64,000 nucleotides of DNA. It comes from Lama guanicoe. Lineage: Eukaryota. How positions within the stretch are numbered: the first letter of the stretch is position 1; each line of letters opens with the position of its first letter. The stretch covers positions 3,933,567 to 3,997,566 of the forward strand of contig MU053629.1 in assembly GCA_013239625.1 (NCBI GenBank), read 5' to 3'. A model generated the notes under the pieces. It was not told the origin of the DNA. It did no database searches and saw nothing but the letters and a program-made list of their open reading frames with translations. The translations under genes and the position numbers were made by a program. Shown piece by piece: positions 12,901-24,390 of this stretch.

Positions 12901-15019
12901 CTCTCTAAAAACAAGGTAATGTGTTACTCAGAAAGAATAATACACCTGTTCTCTCGTTTCACGCTCAGAGCGATGCTTCACATCTGTGGGATGATACCTG
13001 ATTTGTGGATGAGAAGCAAAAGCTCTGAGAGGTCAAGTGATTGCCTGAAGGTCACACAGCCAAGTGGTGGTGCTGGGTTGGAGGCAGGTCTCTCTGACTC
13101 CCGTTCCTGTGCTCATGAGCTTTCCCTCATCCAAGGTGCTGGGATTCTTTCTCGTGCCTCACAGACCCTGGCCCAGAGCATCTCATGTCTCTCAGCCTGC
13201 ACCGTGGCCCTGGACACTGTAGCTGGGATGCTAAGGAGCCTGAGAAGGGGAACATGGAGCAGCCAGTGGGCTCCCTACCCCCTCTTCCCTATATTGGGAG
13301 GGTCTTCATTTCTTCATCTGTGAAATGGGTCTAAGACCTGTTTCAACAGAGTGACTGCAAGGAAAAAATGAACCCAAGAGCAGGAAAGTGCTTTGGTACC
13401 TATGGGAACGTTGATGTCGTCTGAGACGTGGCCTTGGAGAGGACAAAGACTGGAGAGAAGTCCTGGGATGGAAAGAAAGCAGAGGGGACAGGGCCGGTCA
13501 GACACAGAGCCCGGGCCAGCGTCCTTTTATAAGCTGTTGTTTGTCGGTTGCACTGCCGCCTGCCTTCCTGTGCCTGAAATCCTGGACGTTCCTTTGGGTT
13601 AAGCAGGGCCTTTTATGGACTCTTCTTTTAAAACACACCCTTTTGCAGGCAGTGGTATCAAATGGACATATACTGAGCCCCTGCCATGTGCGGGGACCTT
13701 ACATATGTTATCTAATGGACAACTCACGCTGGACTCTCACACGAACACGTGTTACAGATGTGGCTGTCCCATTTTACAGATACGGCAGAATGAGATGCTC
13801 AGTAATTTGCTTAAGGTCTCAGCGGAGGTAAGGGATAGGGCTAGGGCTGGACTGAGATCGTTCTTGCTTCAGAATCTGGTGACCTTTGGGCTCCTTGGTT
13901 TTTATACCCTTGACTTTCACCTCAAGAGAAGCCAAGCACACTGAGGCTGGGGCCTGGGCAGAGGGGGCCCCGAATCCTCCCTTTTGGGTAGCATCCTGAG
14001 TGACGGGAGGCCAGGTGTGCACAGGCTGAGCTTCTTCAAGGACGGCCTTCCAGGCAGGAAGGGGCAGCCCCAAACCACCGTGGCTCTGGGCACATCGTGA
14101 TCTTTCTGTGACATCTCACAGCTTCCTCGTGATGTGTCCCTCCCCAGGCCTCCAGGAGTTCCTTGTGGTCTCGCTACACAGCGGCCAGATGGAGCATTCT
14201 AAAAACGCAGCCTTGGCAAGTCATGCTCCTGCATAAAGTCATCTGCTGGCTGTGCATCAAAGTCCAGGCCCCTTATGGGGCATATAAGGCCGTCCTTGGT
14301 CTGCAGCCCCTCACCCTCCCGAGGCTGAACCAACAATGTTCCCGCAATAGGCCGAACTGATTTGTGACTCTAAGCCTTCGCTTATGCTGTTCCCTCTTCC
14401 TCGATGCCCTTCCCTCACTCCAGTGCTTCATTGTTAAACTCCTTTCCTTTCATTTAAAGTAGTAACCTTATGAATATTCAAAGTATGTGTTAGGAGATAC
14501 ATGGGCGTGGTGCTAATGGCACGATGAGAATTGTCTTCACCCATCCAGGTCCCTGGGGTCCTCTGTTTGTTGGCTGCCTTTGTGTCCTTTAACATGTTCA
14601 CTCCTCAATGCTCCAGCTCAGCTGCCTGTTCCTTGGGGTCCCCATCCCTTAATGACCATCCCTTCACCTGGCCCAGGTAAACCCTGCCCGCTGAGACCCA
14701 CAGAGCACCCAGACGTCCTTCCTTCTCTGTTGATGGGTCTACTTTCTTTCTAGCTTGGAAGCTGCTTGAGGGTGGCAACGGTGCTATGTTGGCTTCTGTG
14801 TCCCCAACGCGGGGACAGAGGGCCCTGGTGCCTGGCGTGTGTAAGTGAAAGGTATTGCTGGAGGACCTGGGGTGTCATCAGGTGGTGACGGTACAGTGCC
14901 CGGGGCTGCTGCACTTCACCAAGTGCCCTGGAATGGAAGGTTTGCTTAATGAGAGGTGCTGGGGAAACCCGGGAGCTGGAGGAGGGCAGTGGGGAGGAGA
15001 GAGAATGGCTACATCTCCA

Positions 15020-16325
15020 CCTCACACTATAGAGCAGAATAAATTCCAGATGGATGAGGCTGCAAAATGTGAAAACAATTAAACCATGAAATAACTAGAA
15101 TAAAATGTTCATGATTTTGATCTCTGGTTGGGAAGGGCCTCTCTAAGCACAGCAGTAATGGAAGAAATTATAAAGAAAAAGACGTATATATTTGTATGCT
15201 TAAAATTGGAAACTTCTGTACATCCAGCCAGCCCACAGCTAGAATTAAAATAATAACAAATATGTAAAGAGCACTTGCAAATTAAAAAGAAAAAAAAAAT
15301 CTAAGAACCCCGATAGAAAAAATGGGCAGCGGACGTGAGAAGAAAATTAACGAAAGGACGAAATGTGATTGTTTATGTTTACGAGGAAGTGACTAAGGGT
15401 ATGTTCAACCTCATTAGCAAACAAAATTTCAGTTAAAACAGCTAGGTGTTATTTCGCACTTACCTCTTTGGCCAGACTGGATTAAAAAAGAAAAAACAGT
15501 AGTGCTCACTGGGGCTGAGGGGACGTGAAATAAATAAGATAGAAAGAGAGATGTTATTGCCTTCTATGCTGATGGGCCTTCAGACCCAGGCGGCTTTCAG
15601 GAAATCAGTTTCTTAGTATGGATCAAAGGCCTTAACAATGTTTATGCCCTCTGTTCTGGTAGTTCTGCCTCTGGGGATCTTTCCTGAGAAACAGTTGCTT
15701 TTTATGACAGCAAAAGTTCTAAAACAGCCTAAACATCCAATAATAAGGAATTGCAGAAATGGTGGCACGGCTAGGTGACAGAATATTATGCAGCCTTCAA
15801 AAAGCGTGTTTAATTGATGGCAATTACGCCTGGGAGAAGGGGAGGAAGGGGAGGTCATGGGGTGATTTTTTTTTCCACTTTCTGTTTTTCCAAACTATTT
15901 ACCTGGTGTTATTTTTATAAAGAAAAATGTCATGTTTTAGAATATTTTCAATTATTTGGAAAAGTTATGATATAAGGCCAAATGGAATAAAGGCATATAT
16001 GTAAAATACTTCATTTTATGTGTAAAATACTTCATTTACATATACACACAGATAATGCAGTAAGCACCGAACTCAGTCCCTGGTACATACGAAGTGCTGA
16101 CTACACACATATTTACCAGTATCGGAATATTAATGCATATACATGCATGCAAAATGTAACCAGTGAATATTTCTGGACTGTGAAGTTAGGGGTGGTTTTG
16201 GCATTCTTTTTTAATACTTTCCCACAGTTGTCAAATTTTCTACAATGAGCATTCATTATCATTATTCTATTATATTAAATTTTATTATAAATTATAATTA
16301 TAAAAATGACTCTCTACAATAAACA
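15020..16325 (+). mobile_element. Old L1 (L1ME-like) ORF2 end/3' UTR fragments
   Basis: A-rich; aataaattccagatgg, gatagaaaaaatgggca, atgttcaacctcattag, gaatattatgcagcc motifs typical of L1 3' regions. Confidence 0.7.
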
Positions 16326-16524
16326 TTAAACCAAAAGGGATTTGGTGTTCAGTCTTAATTAAATATTTGTATCTGCCAGTGTTCTGCTTAATGGGAGTTT
16401 GACCGTATTAAATGATAATAAATGAACCTCACATTTGTGGAGAGCACGTCCAGGCTTAACTGCCCCTCTCGACCCCAGCAGCACCCCTGCAAGGGAACTC
16501 AACAAGACATAATGGGAAATGTGT

Positions 16525-16546
16525 ACACACACACACACACACACAC
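16525..16546. repeat. (AC)n microsatellite
   Basis: acacacacacacacacacacac. Confidence 0.9.
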
Positions 16547-17169
16547 GGTGGGACCTCGGGTGAGTCACAGCGTCCAGGGCTCCGATCTCACTTAAGGCCC
16601 ACGTTGTGGCTTTAGATGACCAGGCCACAGCATGGCTTTCTAATGGGGCTTCCTGGCCTCACAGGGGTCTGGCGGGCACAGGGGGGAGTTGGCACGGCAG
16701 GAGGGGAGGAGAGGAGGATGGCCATGGTCCCTGAGAAGTGATGGGGTGCATCTCCCCTCTCTTTGCTTTCAAGAAGACCCCCCAGCTGCTGTCCCTGGAA
16801 GACCCCACCCTGACAAAGGAGGTTCCTTCTCCCCCCTTCTCGACCCAACAGTGAGTTTGGCAAAGAGGGGATGTTTCCTTGGAAGAATGGAAGACCACGT
16901 CCTGCAGATGCTTCCTGGGTAACTGCTTCCCATTCTTTCAGTCACTGGGTTCCTATATGATGTGTTTCTGAGGTGCTCAGAGCCTCCGTGCAGAAGTCCC
17001 ATGTCACAAATACACTAAGAAATCTTCGGGGGCGAGGGGACACAGCGCAGGCACGATTACGGGGCTTCATTGCACTAGACATGTGGGTCCACATGCCGGA
17101 GGCCATGCCACAAAAGAGAGTTTAGAAAGAGAATAATGATGACGACGATGATGATAATGATGATGGAAT

Positions 17170-17890
17170 AACAACTATCATTTACTGAGCACCTATTATG
17201 TGCTGTCATCTCGTTTAATTATCCCATCATCCCTCTGAAATAATCAATGCTATGTCCAACAGATGGTGAAACTGAGACTCAGGGAGGTGGAATAATCTGC
17301 CCAGATACTCAGTAAGCAAATGCCAGAGTTGGAATTCAAATCTAGGTAGCTCCCCTCCTAAACTAATGTCCAGCACTTACCTGGCTCATGGTATTCTCAG
17401 TGGGAGTTGTTTGAAACAGACGAATTTAAGGCATGCCTCCTGATGCCAAGCCCTGGCTGAGGTGGTTTTATATGGTATCTCACTGAATCTCCAGAACAGC
17501 CTTTGTGGGGCATGTGTTATTATTCTCAGCTTACAGATGAGAAAACTGAGGCTCAGAGGTTCGTCCAAGGTCACAAGTAAAGGCCTTTTTAGGAAAGCAC
17601 CCCTAGGGAGAAGGAATCAGGAGCAAGTTGGACCAAGGATCAGAGCCCAGGAGCCAGAAAGCACTAGGGAAGGGGTAGGGCTCCTCGTTGGATACTGTCT
17701 CCACCCACAGGAGGCACCAGAGGGTCCAGGAGTAACTATGATTTTGGACAAGCCACCCCAGCCTCAATTTCCTCATCTGAAAAATGGGCCACCAACACCT
17801 ACTGTACAGGGTTGTCGAGAGGATTAAATGAGATAAAGCCCATGACACGCCTGGAGCAATACCAAGCTCACAGGGAACGCCTGACAAATG
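17170..17890. mobile_element. Cluster of MIR SINE fragments
   Basis: cagatggtgaaactgagactcagggagg; acagatgagaaaactgaggctcagagg; gcctcaatttcctcatctgaaaaatggg. Confidence 0.7.
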
Positions 17891-19467
17891 TGACACCCTC
17901 TACTCCTCCCCACTTTCCCTTTTCTACCCATCTCTGTCAGCTGGTCAGCATTCCTGGCATCTGTAAGACCAGCCCGACAACCCACCCGACCTGTCCCTGG
18001 CACTGGCCCAGCACCAGTGTGTCATGAGGGTTTATGGGACAAGAGCCATCTGAGCTGCTCTCTGGCTGTTTAACCTTGTATAGCTCACTTACCCTCTCTG
18101 GGTCTCAGTCTGGGCTGCCTGGGGAGGTTGAGGGCAGGGGGTGCTGAGTGGACCATCTCTGGGACTCATGACCTCACCATCCCTGAGTGAGCCCCTCACC
18201 CCCGGCTCTGTCTCCCCGAGCCTGCACTGCCTTCATGCTGAGCCTGCACGTGAAGGCTCTGAGGCCCGAGGACCATCCCCAAAGGCATTGCCAGAGGTTC
18301 CTTCCTTACACATTCCAGGTGACAGACCCATCCATCTTTCTCCCACAGTCCCTAGTGGGGGCCCTCCCACTTCAGCAGGGGACAGGAAAATGACTCAGCC
18401 CCCACAACCCCCTCCTCAGACTCATACACTCACAGCAGCCTTGCTTTGGAAAAAGGGTGGTTTTCATTTCTTTCCCTTTTTTTTTTTCCTTCAAGCACTC
18501 TTACTCATCTGCCCCTGGGCTGTCTCTCCCATGGGCCTCCGTGGTCTGGGCCAGGAGTCTGTGGCCAACCCTTCTCCATCCTCTCCTGGTGGAGGGTCCC
18601 GCCATCCGGGCGGGCTGTGTGGCCCTACTGCGCGTGGTGGGAAAGAGGCTGGCCTCTGGAGGCCCCAGCTGGCCCCCTATTATATTGGCTTCTATTAAAT
18701 TGAAACACATAGCACATCTATTACACAATAAACCACAGCTATTTCATGGATCAAATTAAGTTTTATTTGGGCAAATTACAACCTTTCCTACAGTCGTGCC
18801 TTTGTGAGGCCATTCCTTTTTAATAAAAGCAAGCATTTCTGGGACTGGCCCTCCTGGACCAAAGCTCCATGGTGGGTTGGGGGCTCAGGCCGGGGCTGGC
18901 AAGAGTGTGTGTGTGTGAGAGCGAGATGGGGATCCTTGGGACCCCACCTGGGAATGGATTTGTCCACCTTCTTCCCCTGCCTCCCCATCCTGAGGTTGCC
19001 ATGGAAGTCTGCAGAGAACTTCTCATTAAGAAGAGAAAAAAGCAGCGGCAGCAGCAACAGGAGGAAAGCATTTCCCGGAATCCGGGAGGAAGCGTGAGTC
19101 ACCGGGCCTGCTCAGTGGGCCCTGCGTGGCCACTGCAGCTCCTGCCCAGGAGGCCAGCATCGCGCCAGGCCTGCCCGCATAGACATGCCCGCTGCCCAGG
19201 CTGACGCAATCTCCAGGAATGCAAACAAAAGCTGGGTGGAGGGGCCTTCCGAGGGCCGGGGCGCCGGGCCAGGCAGGAGGGAATGAGCCTGGAGGAGAGA
19301 GGCCTGCGGAGGGGGCCTCGCGCCTCAGACGAGCCCCTCTCTGATGTCTTTGGAGCCCAGGCTTCTGGGAAGGCTCCTAACTCCTGGTGTCACCTGCCCT
19401 GGCGCTGCCACCTCTAGCCTGGCCTCTAGATTCCTCCTCGTGGGGCGGGGCAGGAGTTCCCCCGGAT

Positions 19468-19720
19468 CAGAGGTTCTAGAACTGGTCTCTGGATCAGTAG
19501 CATCAGCATTACCTGGGATTGGCCAGAAATGCCCAGCCCCTGCCCCAGCCCTAGCAAATCAGAAACGTGGAGGGGGCCGTGGTGGGCGGAGTCCCGAGAT
19601 CTGCCCCAGCCCTAGCAAATCAGAAACGTGGAGGCGGCCGTGGTGGGCGGAGTCCAAAGATCTGTGCTTTAACAAGCCTGCCAGGTGATTCTGATGCACG
19701 CTCAAGTTTGATGACCACTG
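19468..19720 (+). mobile_element. MER5A (hAT-Charlie) with an internal 61-bp duplication
   Basis: cagaggttct..agcatcagcattacctggg..agaaatgc..tttaacaagcc..caggtgattctgatgcacgctcaagtttgatgaccactg. Confidence 0.8.
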
Positions 19721-20204
19721 CGCTTCTCTTTAGCCATTAAGTCGACTTCAAACCCACACTTGCGAGTTATTTATTCAGAAAATTAAGAGGTGGTGCGCAA
19801 GTCGTACTTACCGTGTGCCAGCTACCAGGCTAACCGCTTTCCCCGTGCTAACTCCTTTAATCCCCACATCCACCCTGTGAGGTCAGGTTCTGTGATCATT
19901 TTGCCATTTTACAGGTGACATAAGTGCGGCTTTTCAGCCAGAAGCCAGCGTTCTGGGACCTTGGAGGTGATGGGAGATGCTGGGCCCAATTCAGATGTGG
20001 CCCGTGCTGGTTAATTGGTTTTGGGGGCTGACCTTTGCCTGGGTAGCTTTTCTTAAATGCCCTTCAGAAGCTGGTGCTGCCTCCTAAGAGGTGGTAGTGG
20101 GGAGAACCTCCCTCCAGAACAGAGGAAGACAGGAAATCAGGCTGGCAGACGGAGAGAAACAAGTGAGGAAAGAGGCCGGGCCTGAGATGTAGGGTCCTAT
20201 AGAA

Positions 20205-20368
20205 TCTGGTTTCTCCAAGTGTGATCCCTGGACTAGCAGCATCAACATTACCCAGGAGACTGTTAGAAATTCAGAATCTAGGGCCCTGCCCCAGACCTGC
20301 TGAATCCAAATCTACATTTTAATACAATCCCTCAGGGTTCGTGTACACATTCAGGTTGAAGAAGCATG
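20205..20368 (+). mobile_element. MER5-family hAT element
   Basis: tttctccaagtgtgatccctggactagcagcatcaacattacc..gttagaaattcagaatctagggccctgccccagacctgctgaatc. Confidence 0.75.
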
Positions 20369-23300
20369 AGGTGGGGCACTCAGGTACATTCCCTTGCCTC
20401 TTCCTACCACAGAGGGGGACCGGATAACAGGATCTGGGATCTGCATCAGCCTCAGCCCAGCTCCACTGGGGCTCCAGCTCTCAGGTTAGCACAAACACCA
20501 CCTCAGGGCCCTGGAGGGAGCCTCCAGCCCTTAAAACCCACAGCCAAACAAATCCTAGACTCTCCTTTTGCTGAGTCCTCTCTTCCCAAGGTCAAGGATC
20601 TTCACCCCTTTACCCTCTCTTCCTAGAATGTGCGCTCTGGGTTAAAACCCAGGCTGTGCCACTTACTGTGATTACTGTAAACTTCTCTGTGCCTTGATTT
20701 TCCTTTTCTGTAAAATAGGGTAGCGATAATTCCTAGATCATATTTTTTTGTATGCAGATTAAATCTGTGAATACACATAAAGTACTAGAATGGTGCCTGG
20801 CACATAACTCCCCCAATTAACATTAGCTACTTGCTTTCAGCCCACGTTCTTTACCTCCTCTGGCTGGCCCTTGGGCTGGGGTGGGATGGAGGAAAGGCGG
20901 TGCTGACCTGTGAGGCATCAGTGCCAAGGCTGGGCTACTGGATTGGATTCCGGAGGTGACAGGGGCTCCTGTTGAGGGGAGAAGGAAATGGATTTGCATG
21001 ATGCCTGTGATATGCCAGGCTCAATGCCAGGCATTTCCCTCCTCGCCACAGTTGTACTAGGAAAGTACTGTCATGCTCTGAGCTTACAGAAAGGACTGAG
21101 GCCCCAGAAGTGCAGTGACCAACCCAAGGTCACAGTTCATGAAGGACAGAGGAAGTACTTGGTGGGTCTGTGTGGCCAGCCTGACCTCAGTCCCACGCTC
21201 ACTTCACATGACCCCATTCTTCTGCCTCCACTACAGCTCAGTGCGGTCCCTCGGGGAGACAGAGGAATCCAGCATGTCAGAGCTGGCCAAGGAATGGGGA
21301 GGCTGATGGGTCCCGGGGATGCGGTTCATGGCTCTTTCTCTGGAACCTCAGTTTCCTTTGGTGATGCCTCACTCTTGCAAGGAGCAGGGAAGGTCTTCCG
21401 AGCGGACCTATAGTGAGGTTAGCTGCTGCTGGCGTTGCTTCCCCAGCACAGTTTGCCCATCCCTCTGTCCCATGACTGGAAGGCAGGACTTTGGCAGATG
21501 TGTTAAAACCCCAGAAGGGGGAACTTCTGGTTTCAGCACTGTTGCATAAAAAGCTTGGAAGTTGTCGCTCCATCCTCACAACAAGGAAAGCTGACCAAAC
21601 GGAAAGCCAACAACTTTTAGATCCATCAGAGAATTAAGGTCACAGGGCAAACGGCCACTCTGAAATCTGGAGAGACGGGTGACTTCAGAGAATCACAGCC
21701 AAGATCAGCTTACCTACAGCAGAAGCCACCAAAGCCAGTGACTGTGAGGGACACTTAAACAGTCAAGTAAAAACCGCTGTCTTGAGGTAGGATTGACATA
21801 CAAAAAGTTGTGTATATTTAATGTTTACAACTTGATGAGTTTGCACATATGTATATATCCATTAAACAGCACCACAGTCTATAAATATATCCACCCCTCC
21901 AAATCTTTCCTCCCTCCCTCTTTTATTATTATTATTGTTGTTGTTGTTGCTGTTGTTATTAAATGGTAATTTTTATGAACTGCTGGAAGCTGAGTGTGAA
22001 CTGATTTGAAAGTTAAAAACTAATGGGGAAAAAAAAGAATATTAAAAAAAAAAAAGGAAAAGAACCTAATGGGGGCCCAGTCTTAGGCTTACCATTCATT
22101 CGTGGGTTTTATCCCTAGGAACCCTACCAGATTCACATGGTAAAGATCAGAGAACAGCCCTCTCTCTTTGGGGCAGAAGAAATAAGCACTTTGAAATACG
22201 CCCAGAGTCTTTTCCGTAACAAAGGCCTACTCCTCAGGAGAAATTACCAGAGCCTTGCCTGACTTAGGGGCAGGGCAATCAAACAACGCCAGCCCCCTGG
22301 AGCCTTACTGTCTCATTTAAGGGTAGAAAAAAAATTAGGGCTAAGCTATGCTTCTAAAGGTCACAGCCCAGGGACTCAGGCCACCTAAAAATCTGAGATT
22401 GAATGACAAGAACATAGAATTCTTCCCCTCCCCAACACTGAATCACTATTACAGCAGGTCTGATGGGGGTTACAATAGAAAAAACTGCAAGACACAGGCT
22501 CTTTTTAGAAAGGAAAACCTGAAGTTAACAAGGGAAGAAACAAACAAGGAAATTCTAGAAAACTGAAGCCTACAGCTATGGCAAACCTTAAACACAGACC
22601 AGTTCCTAGCCAAATTAACATAAAGCTTCACACTAAAAGCCTAACCACCTCTGTTCCTAAAACCTGACATATGTCTCCCTTTCAACAAAAAATTAAATGG
22701 CATTCTAAAAGACAAGAAAAAGTGTGAAAAGCCAAAGCAAGCGTTAGAACCGGACTCAGCTATCACAGAGATATATGGAATTAAACAGACAGAAGATGCA
22801 AAATAACTATGGTGAATATTCCAATGGAAAAAGTAAATAACATGCAAGAACACATGAGTGATGGAAACAGAGAGATGGAAACTGTAAGGAAAAAAATCAA
22901 AAGGAAATGCGAGAAATCAAAAACATTCTATCAAATGAAGAATGTCTTTAATGGGCTTATCCGTAAACTAGACTTGGCCAAGGCAAGAATCACTGAGCAT
23001 GGAGATATGCCATTAGAAACTTCCCAAACTGAAATGCAAAGAGAAAAAAGTGGAAAAAAAAAAAAAGAACTGTGAGACAATTACAAAAGGTGTAACATAT
23101 GCGTAATGAGAATACCAGAAGAAGAAAGAGAAGAAGAAGCAGAAGAAATATTTGAAGTAATAATGGTGGGGAATTTTCCAAAATTAATGACAGACACTAA
23201 ACCACAGATCTAGGGAGCTTAGGGAATACTGAGTAGGCAAAATACAAAAATATCTATGAAAAGAATTGCAGGAAACCAAAGATAAAGATAAAATCCCAAA

Positions 23301-23934
23301 AGAAGCCAGAGGAAAAATATGCTTTGCCTGCAGAATAATAAGGATAAGAATTCCACCAGGCTTCTCATCAGAAACCATGTAAAGAAGAAGAGAGTGGAGT
23401 GAAAATTTTAAAGTATTGATGGAAAAAATAAAAACCTCATCAACCTGAATTCTGTATCCAGCAAAATTATACTTCAGGAGTGAAAGAGAAATAATGACTT
23501 TCTCAGACAAACAAAAGCTGAGGGAGTTTGTCACCAGAGGTCCTGCTTTCCAAGGGATGTGAAAAGAAGTTCTTCAAGAGAGGAAAATTATGCAGGTCAG
23601 AACTCGGATTTACACAAGGAAAGGCAGAATTTCAGAGACGGAGTATGAAAAGAACAAAAAATCTTTTCTGTTTCTTATTCTTAACTGATCTAGTAGATAA
23701 CTGTTCAAAGTAAAAATAGTAAAAATGATAGCAAAAAAAAAAAATAACGGAAGTCTTTATGGTGATTATAGCATGTGGATAAGTGAAGCAAATACCAACA
23801 ATGTTGTAAGGGGTGGGAAGGAAAATTGGGAATACTTTGCTATAAGACACCATGAATTAATATAGACTTATTGAAAGTGGACTTAGATTAGTTGTAAATG
23901 TGTATTATAAAACTCTAGGGCAAAAACTAAAAAA

Positions 23935-24043
23935 GGGGGAAGGGTATAGCTCAAGTGGTGGAGCACATACTTAGCATGTACAAGGTCTTGGGTTCAATTC
24001 CCAGTACCTGAAAGAAAGAAGGAAAGAAAGAAAGAAAGAAGGA

Positions 24044-24106
<63 letters not shown>

Positions 24107-24130
24107 GAAGGAAGGAAGGAAGGAAGGAAA

Positions 24131-24175
<45 letters not shown>

Positions 24176-24221
24176 AACCTAATTAACCCCCCCTCAGAAA
24201 AACACTTAAAATTTTTTAAAA
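23935..24221 (+). mobile_element. tRNA-Ala-derived camelid SINE (vic-1 type) whose linker carries an expanded (GAAA)n/(GGAA)n tract
   Basis: gggggaagggtatagctcaagtggtggagcac..ttagcatg..ggttcaattcccagtacc, then the purine repeat, then acctaattaaccccccc and an A-rich tail. Confidence 0.85.
24010..24177. repeat. (GAAA)n/(GGAA)n compound tetranucleotide microsatellite
   Basis: 168 bp composed only of A and G. Confidence 0.95.
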
Positions 24222-24237
24222 GAAATTTAACTGATGT

Positions 24238-24390
24238 TGGCGGGGGAAGGAATAGCTCAAGTGGTAGAGCGCATGCTTAGCATGCACGAGGTCCTGGGTT
24301 CAATTCCTGGTACCTCCTCTAAAAATAAATAAACCTAATTGCCTCCTGCCTACCACCAAAAAAAAGAAAAAAAACTATATTAAAAAAAAG
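24238..24390 (+). mobile_element. tRNA-Ala-derived camelid SINE (vic-1 type)
   Basis: tRNA-like head, aaataaataaacctaatt linker and A tail; perfect 16-bp TSD gaaatttaactgatgt at 24222-24237 and 24391-24406. Confidence 0.9.
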
